Shown here piece after piece: positions 41,942 through 49,679 of a stretch of 64,000 bases of DNA. A program made the position numbers and the translations under genes. The notes below the pieces were generated by a model that searched no databases, had not been told where the DNA came from, and saw nothing but the letters and a program-made list of their open reading frames with translations. Each line of letters begins with the position of its first letter. Within the stretch, counting starts at the first letter, position 1. This stretch comes from Meiothermus sp. (GTDB taxonomy: Bacteria; Deinococcota; Deinococci; Deinococcales; Thermaceae), in assembly GCA_035760705.1 (NCBI GenBank), contig DASTSL010000035.1, positions 2,769 to 66,768 of the forward strand, read 5' to 3'.

Positions 41942-42743
41942 AGTTACACTCCAGGATGTGCTCGATGGCCTCGGCGAAACCGTTCTCGCGGACGTGCCCC
42001 ACGATATGATCGGCCGCCGCCTTGACCAATTCGACGGCGTTGCCCATGGCGATCCCCAGCCCGGCGTGGCGGAGGGCGGTCACGTCGTTGTCGGAGTCGC
42101 CGATCATGGCGATCTCGCCTATATCCAGCCCGTAGTGGCGGGCCAGCCAGTCCAGCCCGGTGGCTTTGGAGACCCCCTTGCGGATGATCCCCACGATGGC
42201 CTCGCGGGGGGAGAGGTACTCGGCGATGTCGATGTCCGGGACGGCCTCGAGGTCCGGCTTGGCCACCTCCCAATCGGTGGGGTCGGCGGCCACCCACCAA
42301 CTCCGCACCACGGTTTCGCTTAACCCCTCGAGCACTGCCGACTGGGCCGGGACCCCCACCATCGCCACGTGCTCCTCGATGCCCGGCGGGATCAGGTAGG
42401 CCTCGTAGTAACGCCCGCCGGTCTCGGTCAGCACGTCGAAGGTGATCCGGTGCTTGCGGGCCAGCTCGACGATCTGGGCGAAGTTGGGCAGGGGTTCGTA
42501 GTGCAGGGGCTGCCCCAGGGCATCACAGATCGAGGCCCCGTCGTTGAAGACGTGGGCCCCTTCCGGCTCCATCCGCTTGGCCCACTCCAACCCGTACCCG
42601 CCCTGGGGTCTCCCGGTGCAGACCGCGAAGCGGAGCCCTTCTCGTTTGCCGCGTTCGATCGCGGCCCAAGCGCTCTCCGGGACCCCCAACCGGGGCCCCG
42701 CGTAGAAGGTTCCATCGAGGTCGAGCGCGACGAGCTTGATCAA
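41928..42743 (-). CDS. Cof-type HAD-IIB phosphatase
   Basis: IKLVALDLDGTF... and MIGDSDNDV. TTG start 7 nt after AAGGAG. Confidence 0.85.
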   Translation of the reverse strand: MIKLVALDLDGTFYAGPRLGVPESAWAAIERGKREGLRFAVCTGRPQGGYGLEWAKRMEPEGAHVFNDGASICDALGQPLHYEPLPNFAQIVELARKHRITFDVLTETGGRYYEAYLIPPGIEEHVAMVGVPAQSAVLEGLSETVVRSWWVAADPTDWEVAKPDLEAVPDIDIAEYLSPREAIVGIIRKGVSKATGLDWLARHYGLDIGEIAMIGDSDNDVTALRHAGLGIAMGNAVELVKAAADHIVGHVRENGFAEAIEHILECNYATR

Positions 42744-42763
42744 GCGGTTCTCCTTAGCATATT

Positions 42764-42808
42764 TCTTTCACGAGCCCAGATTATCGTGAAATTTATCACT
42801 TATATACT
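42764..42808 (+). repeat. AT-rich dispersed element, copy d
   Basis: tctTTCACGAGcccagattaTCGTGAAatttaTCACttatatact, between the two HAD genes. Confidence 0.75.
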
Positions 42809-42810
42809 CC

Positions 42811-43647
42811 TCATCGGATCGGAGGGGAAGAGGCATCCGCGCGGTTCTCGGTCATCACCCGCCGCAAGGCTTCGGCCAAACCGCATTCTTCGACGCTGGG
42901 CACCACGTATCGCGCCGCCGCCTTGACCGAGGCCGGGGAGTTGCCCATGGCGATGCCTAACCCCGCTGCGCGGATCAGCTCGAGATCGTTCTCGCCGTCG
43001 CCGACCATCGCGGTCTGCTCGAGGGTCAGGCCGTACCGCTGAGCCATCCAGGCCGCTGCCGAAAGCTTGGAAACCCCCTGCGCCGTCACCGAGTTGAAGC
43101 CCATGCCGGGCATACCCGGGCTGGTGGCCTCGTGGAGTTCCACCCCGGCGACTTCCAGTACCTGCTGGCGCAAAACCTCCCAGCCCCCTCCGAGTTCCAC
43201 CACGTACTGCACCCGGATGATCTGGCCGGGCAGGTGCTCCAGGTTGCGCACCTCGGCAGGGAAACCCAGCATCCGCTCGTGGGCCAGCAGGTCGGGATGA
43301 TCGCTCTCGCGGTAGAAGCCCCCCTCGGCGGTATAGACCTCGAAGGGGAGCCGGTGCAGCCGGGAAAGCTCGAGCAGACTTTGATAGGCCTCGTCGGGGA
43401 GGAGACAGACCCGCTCGAGGCCCCCATCGCCCCCGACCACCACCGCCCCCGACTCGAAGATGTGCAGGCCCTGGGGGTCCAGCCGCCGGGCGTACTCGAG
43501 GGCAAACCCCCGCCCCGGTCGCCCTGTACATACTGCCAAATGGATCCCCGCCGCGCGGGCCAGCTCGGCAGCGGCCCAGGCGCAATCGGGGACTCCGTTC
43601 GGCCCGTACAGGGTTCCGTCCACATCAATCAAAACCAATCCCGTCAC
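42811..43647 (-). CDS. Cof-type HAD-IIB phosphatase (tandem paralog)
   Basis: LVLIDVDGTLYG... and MVGDGENDL. The start is uncertain; I chose GTG 43647, while the track ORF extends to 43728. Confidence 0.8.
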   Translation of the reverse strand: MTGLVLIDVDGTLYGPNGVPDCAWAAAELARAAGIHLAVCTGRPGRGFALEYARRLDPQGLHIFESGAVVVGGDGGLERVCLLPDEAYQSLLELSRLHRLPFEVYTAEGGFYRESDHPDLLAHERMLGFPAEVRNLEHLPGQIIRVQYVVELGGGWEVLRQQVLEVAGVELHEATSPGMPGMGFNSVTAQGVSKLSAAAWMAQRYGLTLEQTAMVGDGENDLELIRAAGLGIAMGNSPASVKAAARYVVPSVEECGLAEALRRVMTENRADASSPPIR

Positions 43648-44023
43648 GAGGGCAATTCTACCCCGAGATGCTCGAGCCTCGCGCGAGCCACAGCCAAGCG
43701 TGCGCCGGAGTGCTCGAGGGGAGCCCATCTACCCAAGTCAGCGTCTTGGGTCCGTACCCGAAGATGACGGTCGCGGCTGACCCAGGGGTCGTTTGGGAAC
43801 AGCGCGGCGCTAACGCTGTCCGTGGTGTGAACGAGGGTGGCAGCAAACACGCCTTTGCCGTTGACGAACATGAGCGTGCAGGGGAGATTGGTGGCGATCA
43901 GTAGCCGCCCTGAAACGGCTCCGAGCCTTCAGAATGGAAGCGAAAGCGCAAATACCAGCGCGAACTTTAGGAGTAGGCTCCCCCCTAAGCCATCGCGCTC
44001 GACCTCACCGCCCAGACTTGGGC

Positions 44024-44929
44024 TCACAGCTCGAGCCCGCTGCTCTCGACGTGGACGGCTTTTCCTCCGATAAACACCCGGTAGGGTTCCCCCCCCGGGC
44101 TAAACTCCACCCGCACTTCGACCGTTCCCGGCATCCCCATCCGGTGGCCTTGGAGCACGGTCAGGTTGACCGCTCCCTCACGCCGGGGAACCACCCCGGC
44201 TCGGGCCAGCAAGGCTCCCAGGGCAGCGTTGGCCGAACCGGTCACGGGGTCTTCGGGGATGCCCAACAGGGGGGCGAAGTCGCGGGCGTAGAAGGTGCGG
44301 GGCCCCAGGGGGGCATAGGCGTGGAGGGTGGAGACCTCGAGCCGGGCGCAGAGTTCCTTGAGCCGCTCCATCTCCGGCTCCACCTCGTCCACCAATCCCG
44401 GCGCCACGAAGGGCAAAAAGAGCGACCACAGCCCGGTAAAGGCCACTCCGTAAGGCAACCCCCGGTGCAGGTAGCGGTCACCCACCCCCAGCACCTCCAT
44501 CACCTCCTGGATGTCCTTCCACTGCGGTGGGTCGCGGAAGCGCGGCGAGGGCCCGCGCAGGATCGCCTTGACCGGAACCCCGGCTTCGTACTCGAGTTCC
44601 ACCGGCAGGGTCTCCATGGGGGTGCGCAAGAAGAGCCGGGTTTCTCCCTCCTTGACCATCCCCTGGTGCACCAGGGTCAGGGCCAGGGCGATGGCGGCGT
44701 GCCCAGCGAACTCCACCTCGCCGCTGGGGGTGAGAAACCGCACCGAGTAGCTCCCACCCAGCCAGTCGGTGACGAAGGCTACCTGCGGGTAACCCAGCCG
44801 CTGGGCGATCTGGTGCATCTCGCCCGACGACATCCCCCGCGCGTCCAGCACCAGCGCCACCCGGTTACCCCCGCCGGGGGTATCGGTGAAGGCATCCACC
44901 AACAGATAAGGGAGGCGGGCTTTAGCCAT
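44024..44929 (-). CDS. PhzF-family isomerase-like protein
   Basis: LPYLLVDAFTDTPGGGNRVALVLDA... and a typical two-domain length of 301 aa. Confidence 0.85.
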   Translation of the reverse strand: MAKARLPYLLVDAFTDTPGGGNRVALVLDARGMSSGEMHQIAQRLGYPQVAFVTDWLGGSYSVRFLTPSGEVEFAGHAAIALALTLVHQGMVKEGETRLFLRTPMETLPVELEYEAGVPVKAILRGPSPRFRDPPQWKDIQEVMEVLGVGDRYLHRGLPYGVAFTGLWSLFLPFVAPGLVDEVEPEMERLKELCARLEVSTLHAYAPLGPRTFYARDFAPLLGIPEDPVTGSANAALGALLARAGVVPRREGAVNLTVLQGHRMGMPGTVEVRVEFSPGGEPYRVFIGGKAVHVESSGLEL

Positions 44930-44980
44930 GGGAAACCTGCCGGGTGCAAGACGCGAGACGTCGAACGCCGAACGCTGCGG

Positions 44981-45020
44981 GCAAAACGCCAGCGGCTAGA
45001 CGCCAGCCGCTAGCCGCTGG
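44981..45020 (-). terminator. intrinsic terminator after aspS
   Basis: 11-bp perfect stem CCAGCGGCTAG...CTAGCCGCTGG (44989-45020), followed on the minus strand by CGTTTTGCC. Confidence 0.7.
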
Positions 45021-45062
45021 ACCCATAGGATCTACGAGGCGAAGCGAGGACATATCTTAAGC

Positions 45063-46805
45063 CTACTCCGTGGGCTTGACCGCGATGCCCAATTCGTTGA
45101 GCTGGGCCGGACTAACCCGGCTGGGAGCCCCGGTGAGGGTTTCGCGGCCCTCCTTGTTCTTGGGGAAGGCGATCACCTCGCGGATGGAGTCCTCCCCGGC
45201 TAGGTTGGCGATGAAGCGGTCCAGGCCCCAGGCGATCCCGCCGTGGGGGGGCGCCCCATAGGAGAGGGCCTCGAGCAGGAAGCCGAACTTCTCCTGGGCC
45301 TCCTCGGGGCCGATCCCCAAGAGGGCGAACATCCGCTCTTGCAGGTCGCGGCGGTGGATGCGAATCGAGCCACCCCCGGCCTCGCTGCCGTTGAACACGA
45401 AGTCGTAGGCCAGGGCACGCACCTTGCCGGGGTCGCTTTCCAGGAGGGGCAAATCGTCCAGGTTGGGGCTGGTGAAGGGGTGGTGCATGTAGGTCCAGCG
45501 CCCGTTCTCCTCGTCCCACTCCAAGAGGGGAAAGTCCACCACCCACAAAAAGCGGTACCCCGGCTGGATCAGGCCCAGTCGCTTGCCCAGCTCGAGCCGC
45601 ACCGCCCCCAGGCTCTCCACCGTCTTGCGCCAGGGCCCGGCCACGAAGAGCAGGGTCTGACCTTCTGCCACCCGGACCTGCTCGAGCAGGTCCGCCGGGA
45701 TGAACTTCGCGATTCCCCCGCTCAGGACTCCGTGCTCGAGCTTAGCCCAGGCCAGCCCGGCGGCCCCCTTGGACTTGGCGACCGCCTCCAGCTCTTCGAT
45801 CTCGCGGCGCGAAAGCGAGGCCGGAGCCACCAGGCACTTCACCGTCTCGGCGCTCGCGAAAGCGCGGAACTCTCCGCCCGCAAACAGTGCGGTCACGTCG
45901 CTGAACTCGAGGCCGAAGCGCAGATCGGGCTTATCCGAGCCATAGGTGTTCATCACCTGCTGATAGGTAAGGCGGGGGAAGGGGAGGGGGAGTTCGACGC
46001 CCAGCGTCTCCTTCACCACGTAGGCGGCCAGCCGCTCGTTGAGTTCGATGATGTCCTCCTGGCTCACGAAGGACATCTCCATATCGAGCTGGGTGAAGTC
46101 CGGCTGGCGGTCGGCCCGCAGGTCCTCGTCGCGGAAGCAGCGGGCGATCTGGAAGTAGCGGTCGTAGCCCGCCACCATCAGCATCTGTTTGAACAGCTGC
46201 GGTGACTGGGGCAGGGCGTAGAAGTGGCCCGGCTCGAGCCGCGAGGGCACCAAAAAGTCGCGGGCCCCCTCCGGCGTGCTGCGGGTCAGGTAAGGGGTCT
46301 CCACGCTGATGAAGCCCTCCCGGTCGAGGAAGCGGTAGATGGCCGCGATCACCTGGTGGCGCAGCCGCAGGTTCGCCTGCAGGCGCCTGCGCCGCAGATC
46401 TACCACCCGGTTCTTGAGCCGGACCTCCTCGCTCACCGTCTGGTCTTCCTCCCCGCGCCAGCCCGCGTCCACCTGGAAGGGGAGGGTGCGGGCTTCGGAG
46501 AGGACTTCCAAGACGGCGGCCACTACCTCGACCTTGCCGGACTCGAGCTTGGGGTTGACCTGTTCGGCGGGCCGCTCGCGGACACTGCCCACCACCCGCA
46601 CCACCCACTCGCTTCGCACCCGGTCGGCCTCGGCGAAGGCCGGGCTATCCGGATTCACCACCACCTGGACCAAGCCCTCACGGTCACGCAAGTCGATAAA
46701 GATCAGCCCGCCGAGGTCGCGGCGGCGGTTGACCCAGCCCTCCAGGGTCACGGTTTGACCCACCAGTTGCTCGTTGACCTTGCCACAGTAGTGCGTACGG
46801 CGCAT
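45063..46805 (-). CDS. aspS: aspartyl-tRNA synthetase
   Basis: [44 protein letters not shown] and class II motifs ([16 protein letters not shown]; GGIAWGLDR). Start trimmed from 46907. Confidence 0.95.
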   Translation of the reverse strand: MRRTHYCGKVNEQLVGQTVTLEGWVNRRRDLGGLIFIDLRDREGLVQVVVNPDSPAFAEADRVRSEWVVRVVGSVRERPAEQVNPKLESGKVEVVAAVLEVLSEARTLPFQVDAGWRGEEDQTVSEEVRLKNRVVDLRRRRLQANLRLRHQVIAAIYRFLDREGFISVETPYLTRSTPEGARDFLVPSRLEPGHFYALPQSPQLFKQMLMVAGYDRYFQIARCFRDEDLRADRQPDFTQLDMEMSFVSQEDIIELNERLAAYVVKETLGVELPLPFPRLTYQQVMNTYGSDKPDLRFGLEFSDVTALFAGGEFRAFASAETVKCLVAPASLSRREIEELEAVAKSKGAAGLAWAKLEHGVLSGGIAKFIPADLLEQVRVAEGQTLLFVAGPWRKTVESLGAVRLELGKRLGLIQPGYRFLWVVDFPLLEWDEENGRWTYMHHPFTSPNLDDLPLLESDPGKVRALAYDFVFNGSEAGGGSIRIHRRDLQERMFALLGIGPEEAQEKFGFLLEALSYGAPPHGGIAWGLDRFIANLAGEDSIREVIAFPKNKEGRETLTGAPSRVSPAQLNELGIAVKPTE

Positions 46806-46812
46806 GAGGTCT

Positions 46813-46840
46813 AGTCTAAGCCTCGCCTGGGAAAGCTCAA
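46813..46840 (-). promoter_or_regulatory. candidate promoter TTGAGC-N16-TAGACT with the -10 hexamer 7 nt before the aspS ATG (leaderless)
   Basis: The minus strand reads TTAGACT-AGACCTC-ATG with no SD. Confidence 0.5.
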
Positions 46841-46871
46841 GGGTGGAAGGAGAGGTGGTGATATAGATATT

Positions 46872-46914
46872 TTCTTCACGAGTATGATTTATCGTGAATC
46901 TATTCACTTATACG
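46872..46914 (+). repeat. AT-rich dispersed element, copy e
   Basis: ttcTTCACGAGtatgatttaTCGTGAAtctatTCACttatacg, in the aspS/smpB divergent spacer. Confidence 0.75.
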
Positions 46915-46992
46915 CTGCCTCAGCCCAGCGTGCCCTTGCCTTACAATGGGCGATGTCGGGCCGAAAACAGGCCTGCATTGGGATCAACCGAC

Positions 46993-47424
46993 ATGGCTTC
47001 GATGGAAAACCGCCGGGCGCGGCACGATTACGAGATCCTCGAGACCTACGAGGCTGGTTTGCGGTTGCAGGGCACCGAGGTCAAGTCCCTGCGGGCTGGG
47101 CAGGTGGACTTCACCGGCAGCTTCGCTCGGTTCGAGGGGGGGGAACTCTTCTTAGAGAACCTCTACATCGCCCCCTACGAGAAGGGCTCCTACACCAACC
47201 ACGACCCACGGCGGCTGCGCAAGCTGCTCTTGCACCGGCACGAGCTCGACAAGCTGCGCTCGAGGGTCGAGCAGAAGGGGCTCACCCTGGTCCCCCTCAA
47301 GATCTATTTCAACGATCGGGGCTACGCCAAGCTCTTGCTGGGGCTGGGCCGGGGTAAGCGGGCTTATCAGAAGAAGGCCGACGACAAAAAGCAAGCCGTG
47401 CAGCGGGCCCTAGAAGACTGGTAA
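46993..47424 (+). CDS. smpB: SsrA-binding protein
   Basis: MASMENRRARHDYEILETYEAGLRLQGTEVKSLRAG... Start trimmed from the ORF start at 46894. Confidence 0.9.
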   Translation: MASMENRRARHDYEILETYEAGLRLQGTEVKSLRAGQVDFTGSFARFEGGELFLENLYIAPYEKGSYTNHDPRRLRKLLLHRHELDKLRSRVEQKGLTLVPLKIYFNDRGYAKLLLGLGRGKRAYQKKADDKKQAVQRALEDW

Positions 47425-47482
47425 GGGCCTGAGGAAACCCGCTTTGACAACCTCACGCAAAACTGGCGTAGGATACCGGGCG

Positions 47483-48823
47483 ATGCAGATGCGTATTCCC
47501 AGATGGGGCCTGACGGGAGTGCTGCTCAGCCTGGCCATCGGGCTGGCCCAGACCCCCGCGCCAAAACCCACCCCAGAGCCCGCGCCGCCGCTGCAAACCC
47601 GCCCGGCGGTGCTGGGCAGCCTCGAGAGCTACGTGGCTTACCCCGCGGCTGCAGGCGTGCCCTATGCCTCCGCCCCCCAGCTCGCCAAGGCCCTGGGGCT
47701 GGGCTATCTGGGGGGTGGGGGGCGCATCAGCTTGAGCGCCGGCAGCCGGGTGGCGAGCTTTATCGTCTACTCCAGCGAAGCCCAGGCGGTGGGCAGCGGG
47801 GGGGCCTGGCAACGCTCGGGAGGCATCTGGGTTCCGTTGCCCCGCCTGGCCCGCACCCTCGATTTGTTTTACGAGGTCCGGGGCCGCGAGGTGGCAGTGG
47901 GGCTCAAACCGGCCCGGCTTCTGGGCGCGGTGGTGACCCAGTCCGAGGGGGTCGAGCGGATTACCCTACGGCTCGACCGGGACGTGTCGGCCCGGCTCCT
48001 GGGTGACGACCGGGTGGGTCTGGTGGGCGTGACCGGTGGGGAGGCGGAAGGGGTGACGATCAACTCGGTGGCCTACGGCCTCGAGGTCGGCCTCCCCGGC
48101 AGCGGCCCGGCGCGGCTTTACTTCCTGCCTCGCCAGGTGGTGGTGGAACGGGGCAGCCCCAAGGGCTCGCGGATTCCCCTGGTGGTGATCGACCCCGGTC
48201 ACGGTGGCGCGGACCCGGGGATCATCCAGTCGGGGATTCGCGAGAAGGACCTGGCCCTCAACCTGGCCCAGGCCCTGCGCACCTTGTTGGCCCCCAGCGG
48301 GATCCGGGTGAGCCTGACCCGGCAGGGCGACCAGACGCTCTCGCTACAAGACCGGGCCAATGCCGGGGCCTTCGCCCAAGTGCTGCTGAGCCTGCACGTG
48401 GCCCCCGGCGACCGAGTGAACCTCTACACCAACCCCAGCCAGGGGAAGCTGCTGTTCATCAGCAAGGGCCGCCAGCTCCTCCCTAACACCCCCGAGCCGC
48501 GCAAGGACTTGCTGGCCGGCTATGTCTCGCCGGAGGGCTCGAGCGCTGATTTCGTGAAACTGCTGAGCGAGGAGATCGCCGGGGTGGGGGTGGTGAGCGC
48601 CCAGGGCGAGGGGGACTATTTGGCACTCTCGCAAAATGGCGGGGCCGCGGTGCTGGCCGAGTTCGGCTTCGAAAGCGTCTCCACCCCCCAGGGCCGGCAA
48701 CAACTGGCCCAGGCGATGGCGAGCGCGATCCTCAAATACCTGGGCCTCTCCCAGCCGACCCCCACCCAGCCCGGGACCAACCCCCCGCCCAGCCTCCAAC
48801 CCAAACCGGGAGGTAACCCGTGA
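47483..48823 (+). CDS. N-acetylmuramoyl-L-alanine amidase (Amidase_3) with N-terminal domain
   Basis: Signal peptide, then VVIDPGHGGADPG...EKDLALNLA...LSLH. The start among nearby Met codons is uncertain. Confidence 0.85.
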   Translation: MQMRIPRWGLTGVLLSLAIGLAQTPAPKPTPEPAPPLQTRPAVLGSLESYVAYPAAAGVPYASAPQLAKALGLGYLGGGGRISLSAGSRVASFIVYSSEAQAVGSGGAWQRSGGIWVPLPRLARTLDLFYEVRGREVAVGLKPARLLGAVVTQSEGVERITLRLDRDVSARLLGDDRVGLVGVTGGEAEGVTINSVAYGLEVGLPGSGPARLYFLPRQVVVERGSPKGSRIPLVVIDPGHGGADPGIIQSGIREKDLALNLAQALRTLLAPSGIRVSLTRQGDQTLSLQDRANAGAFAQVLLSLHVAPGDRVNLYTNPSQGKLLFISKGRQLLPNTPEPRKDLLAGYVSPEGSSADFVKLLSEEIAGVGVVSAQGEGDYLALSQNGGAAVLAEFGFESVSTPQGRQQLAQAMASAILKYLGLSQPTPTQPGTNPPPSLQPKPGGNP

Positions 48824-49359
48824 TCCGCCGCATGTTGAGCTTTTGGAACCTGCTGGGGGTCTTGGTGTTGGCGGTGGGCCTGTGGGCTTTCTGGGCTAGT
48901 GGCAACACTACCGTGAGCAACGCGGTGAACCTCCCCAGCGAGGACCAAAAAGCCAAACCCGGCCCCAAGGCCCTGCGCCTGTACTTCTCCGATCCCAGCG
49001 AGGAAAAATTCATCGTCGAAACCCGCACGGTAGAGATGGGGGCCGACGATGAACCGCACAACCGGGCCCTAGCCGAGCTGCTCAAGGGGCCGCAGGTCCA
49101 GGGGGCGAACCCGGTGGTCTCGCCGGGTTTGCCGGTTCCCACTGTCTTTCTGCGGAATAGCCTGGCCTACGTTGACCTCCCGGCGGCCTATGGCCGATTA
49201 GGGCTGGGCACTACCGGCGAGGTGATGCTGGTGTACGGCATGGCCTACACCCTACTCGACTTCCCCGACGTGCAGGGGGTGCGCTTTTTGCTCGACGGCA
49301 AGGAGGTGGACTCGCTGGGGCATCTGTCGCTCCTCGAGCCCATCCGCAGGCCGCAGTAA
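48820..49359 (+). CDS. GerM-domain protein
   Basis: TM anchor, then LRLYFSD...KFIVETRTVE...ALAELLKGP...LAYVDL... is typical of the GerM domain. GTGA overlap with the amidase gene. Confidence 0.75.
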   Translation: MIRRMLSFWNLLGVLVLAVGLWAFWASGNTTVSNAVNLPSEDQKAKPGPKALRLYFSDPSEEKFIVETRTVEMGADDEPHNRALAELLKGPQVQGANPVVSPGLPVPTVFLRNSLAYVDLPAAYGRLGLGTTGEVMLVYGMAYTLLDFPDVQGVRFLLDGKEVDSLGHLSLLEPIRRPQ

Positions 49360-49442
49360 ACAGGGTTTAGTCAGGAGGAGCGCGGCTGGGACGAGGTAGA
49401 CCCGGCCCATATCGCCCGCCAAATGGGGATTGGCCTGGGATC

Positions 49443-49472
49443 ATCGGTCAGGGAAAAATCGGTGAGGGAAAA
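49443..49472 (+). repeat. 15-bp tandem repeat ATCGGT(C/G)AGGGAAAA x2
   Basis: Read directly in the gerM-smc spacer. It lies inside a possible 46-codon sORF (49423-49560). Confidence 0.75.
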
Positions 49473-49679
49473 AATGCAGGCCAACGAAACTCGTTTTCCG
49501 CTCGAGCAGGCCCGCCAGGCCATCGAACGTTACCGGAAGAAAAACGCTGCAGCAGGCTAAAGCCAGCAAACCTTGGCTGCCGGTGTAGAATCCACTGGGC
49601 TGTCGCCAACTACGCCGCGACAGTATGTGGGCCAGAACTTCACCCGATAACGGACAGGTTTTGGCGTAGGACCTACGAC

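Noticed and set aside
41105-44929. Beta-lactamase-like gene, two HAD phosphatases and PhzF as a phenazine or antibiotic biosynthetic cluster.
   Set aside because: No other phz genes and no core biosynthetic enzymes are present. PhzF-family and Cof-type HAD proteins are widespread housekeeping-type paralogs. The co-orientation alone is not evidence of a pathway.
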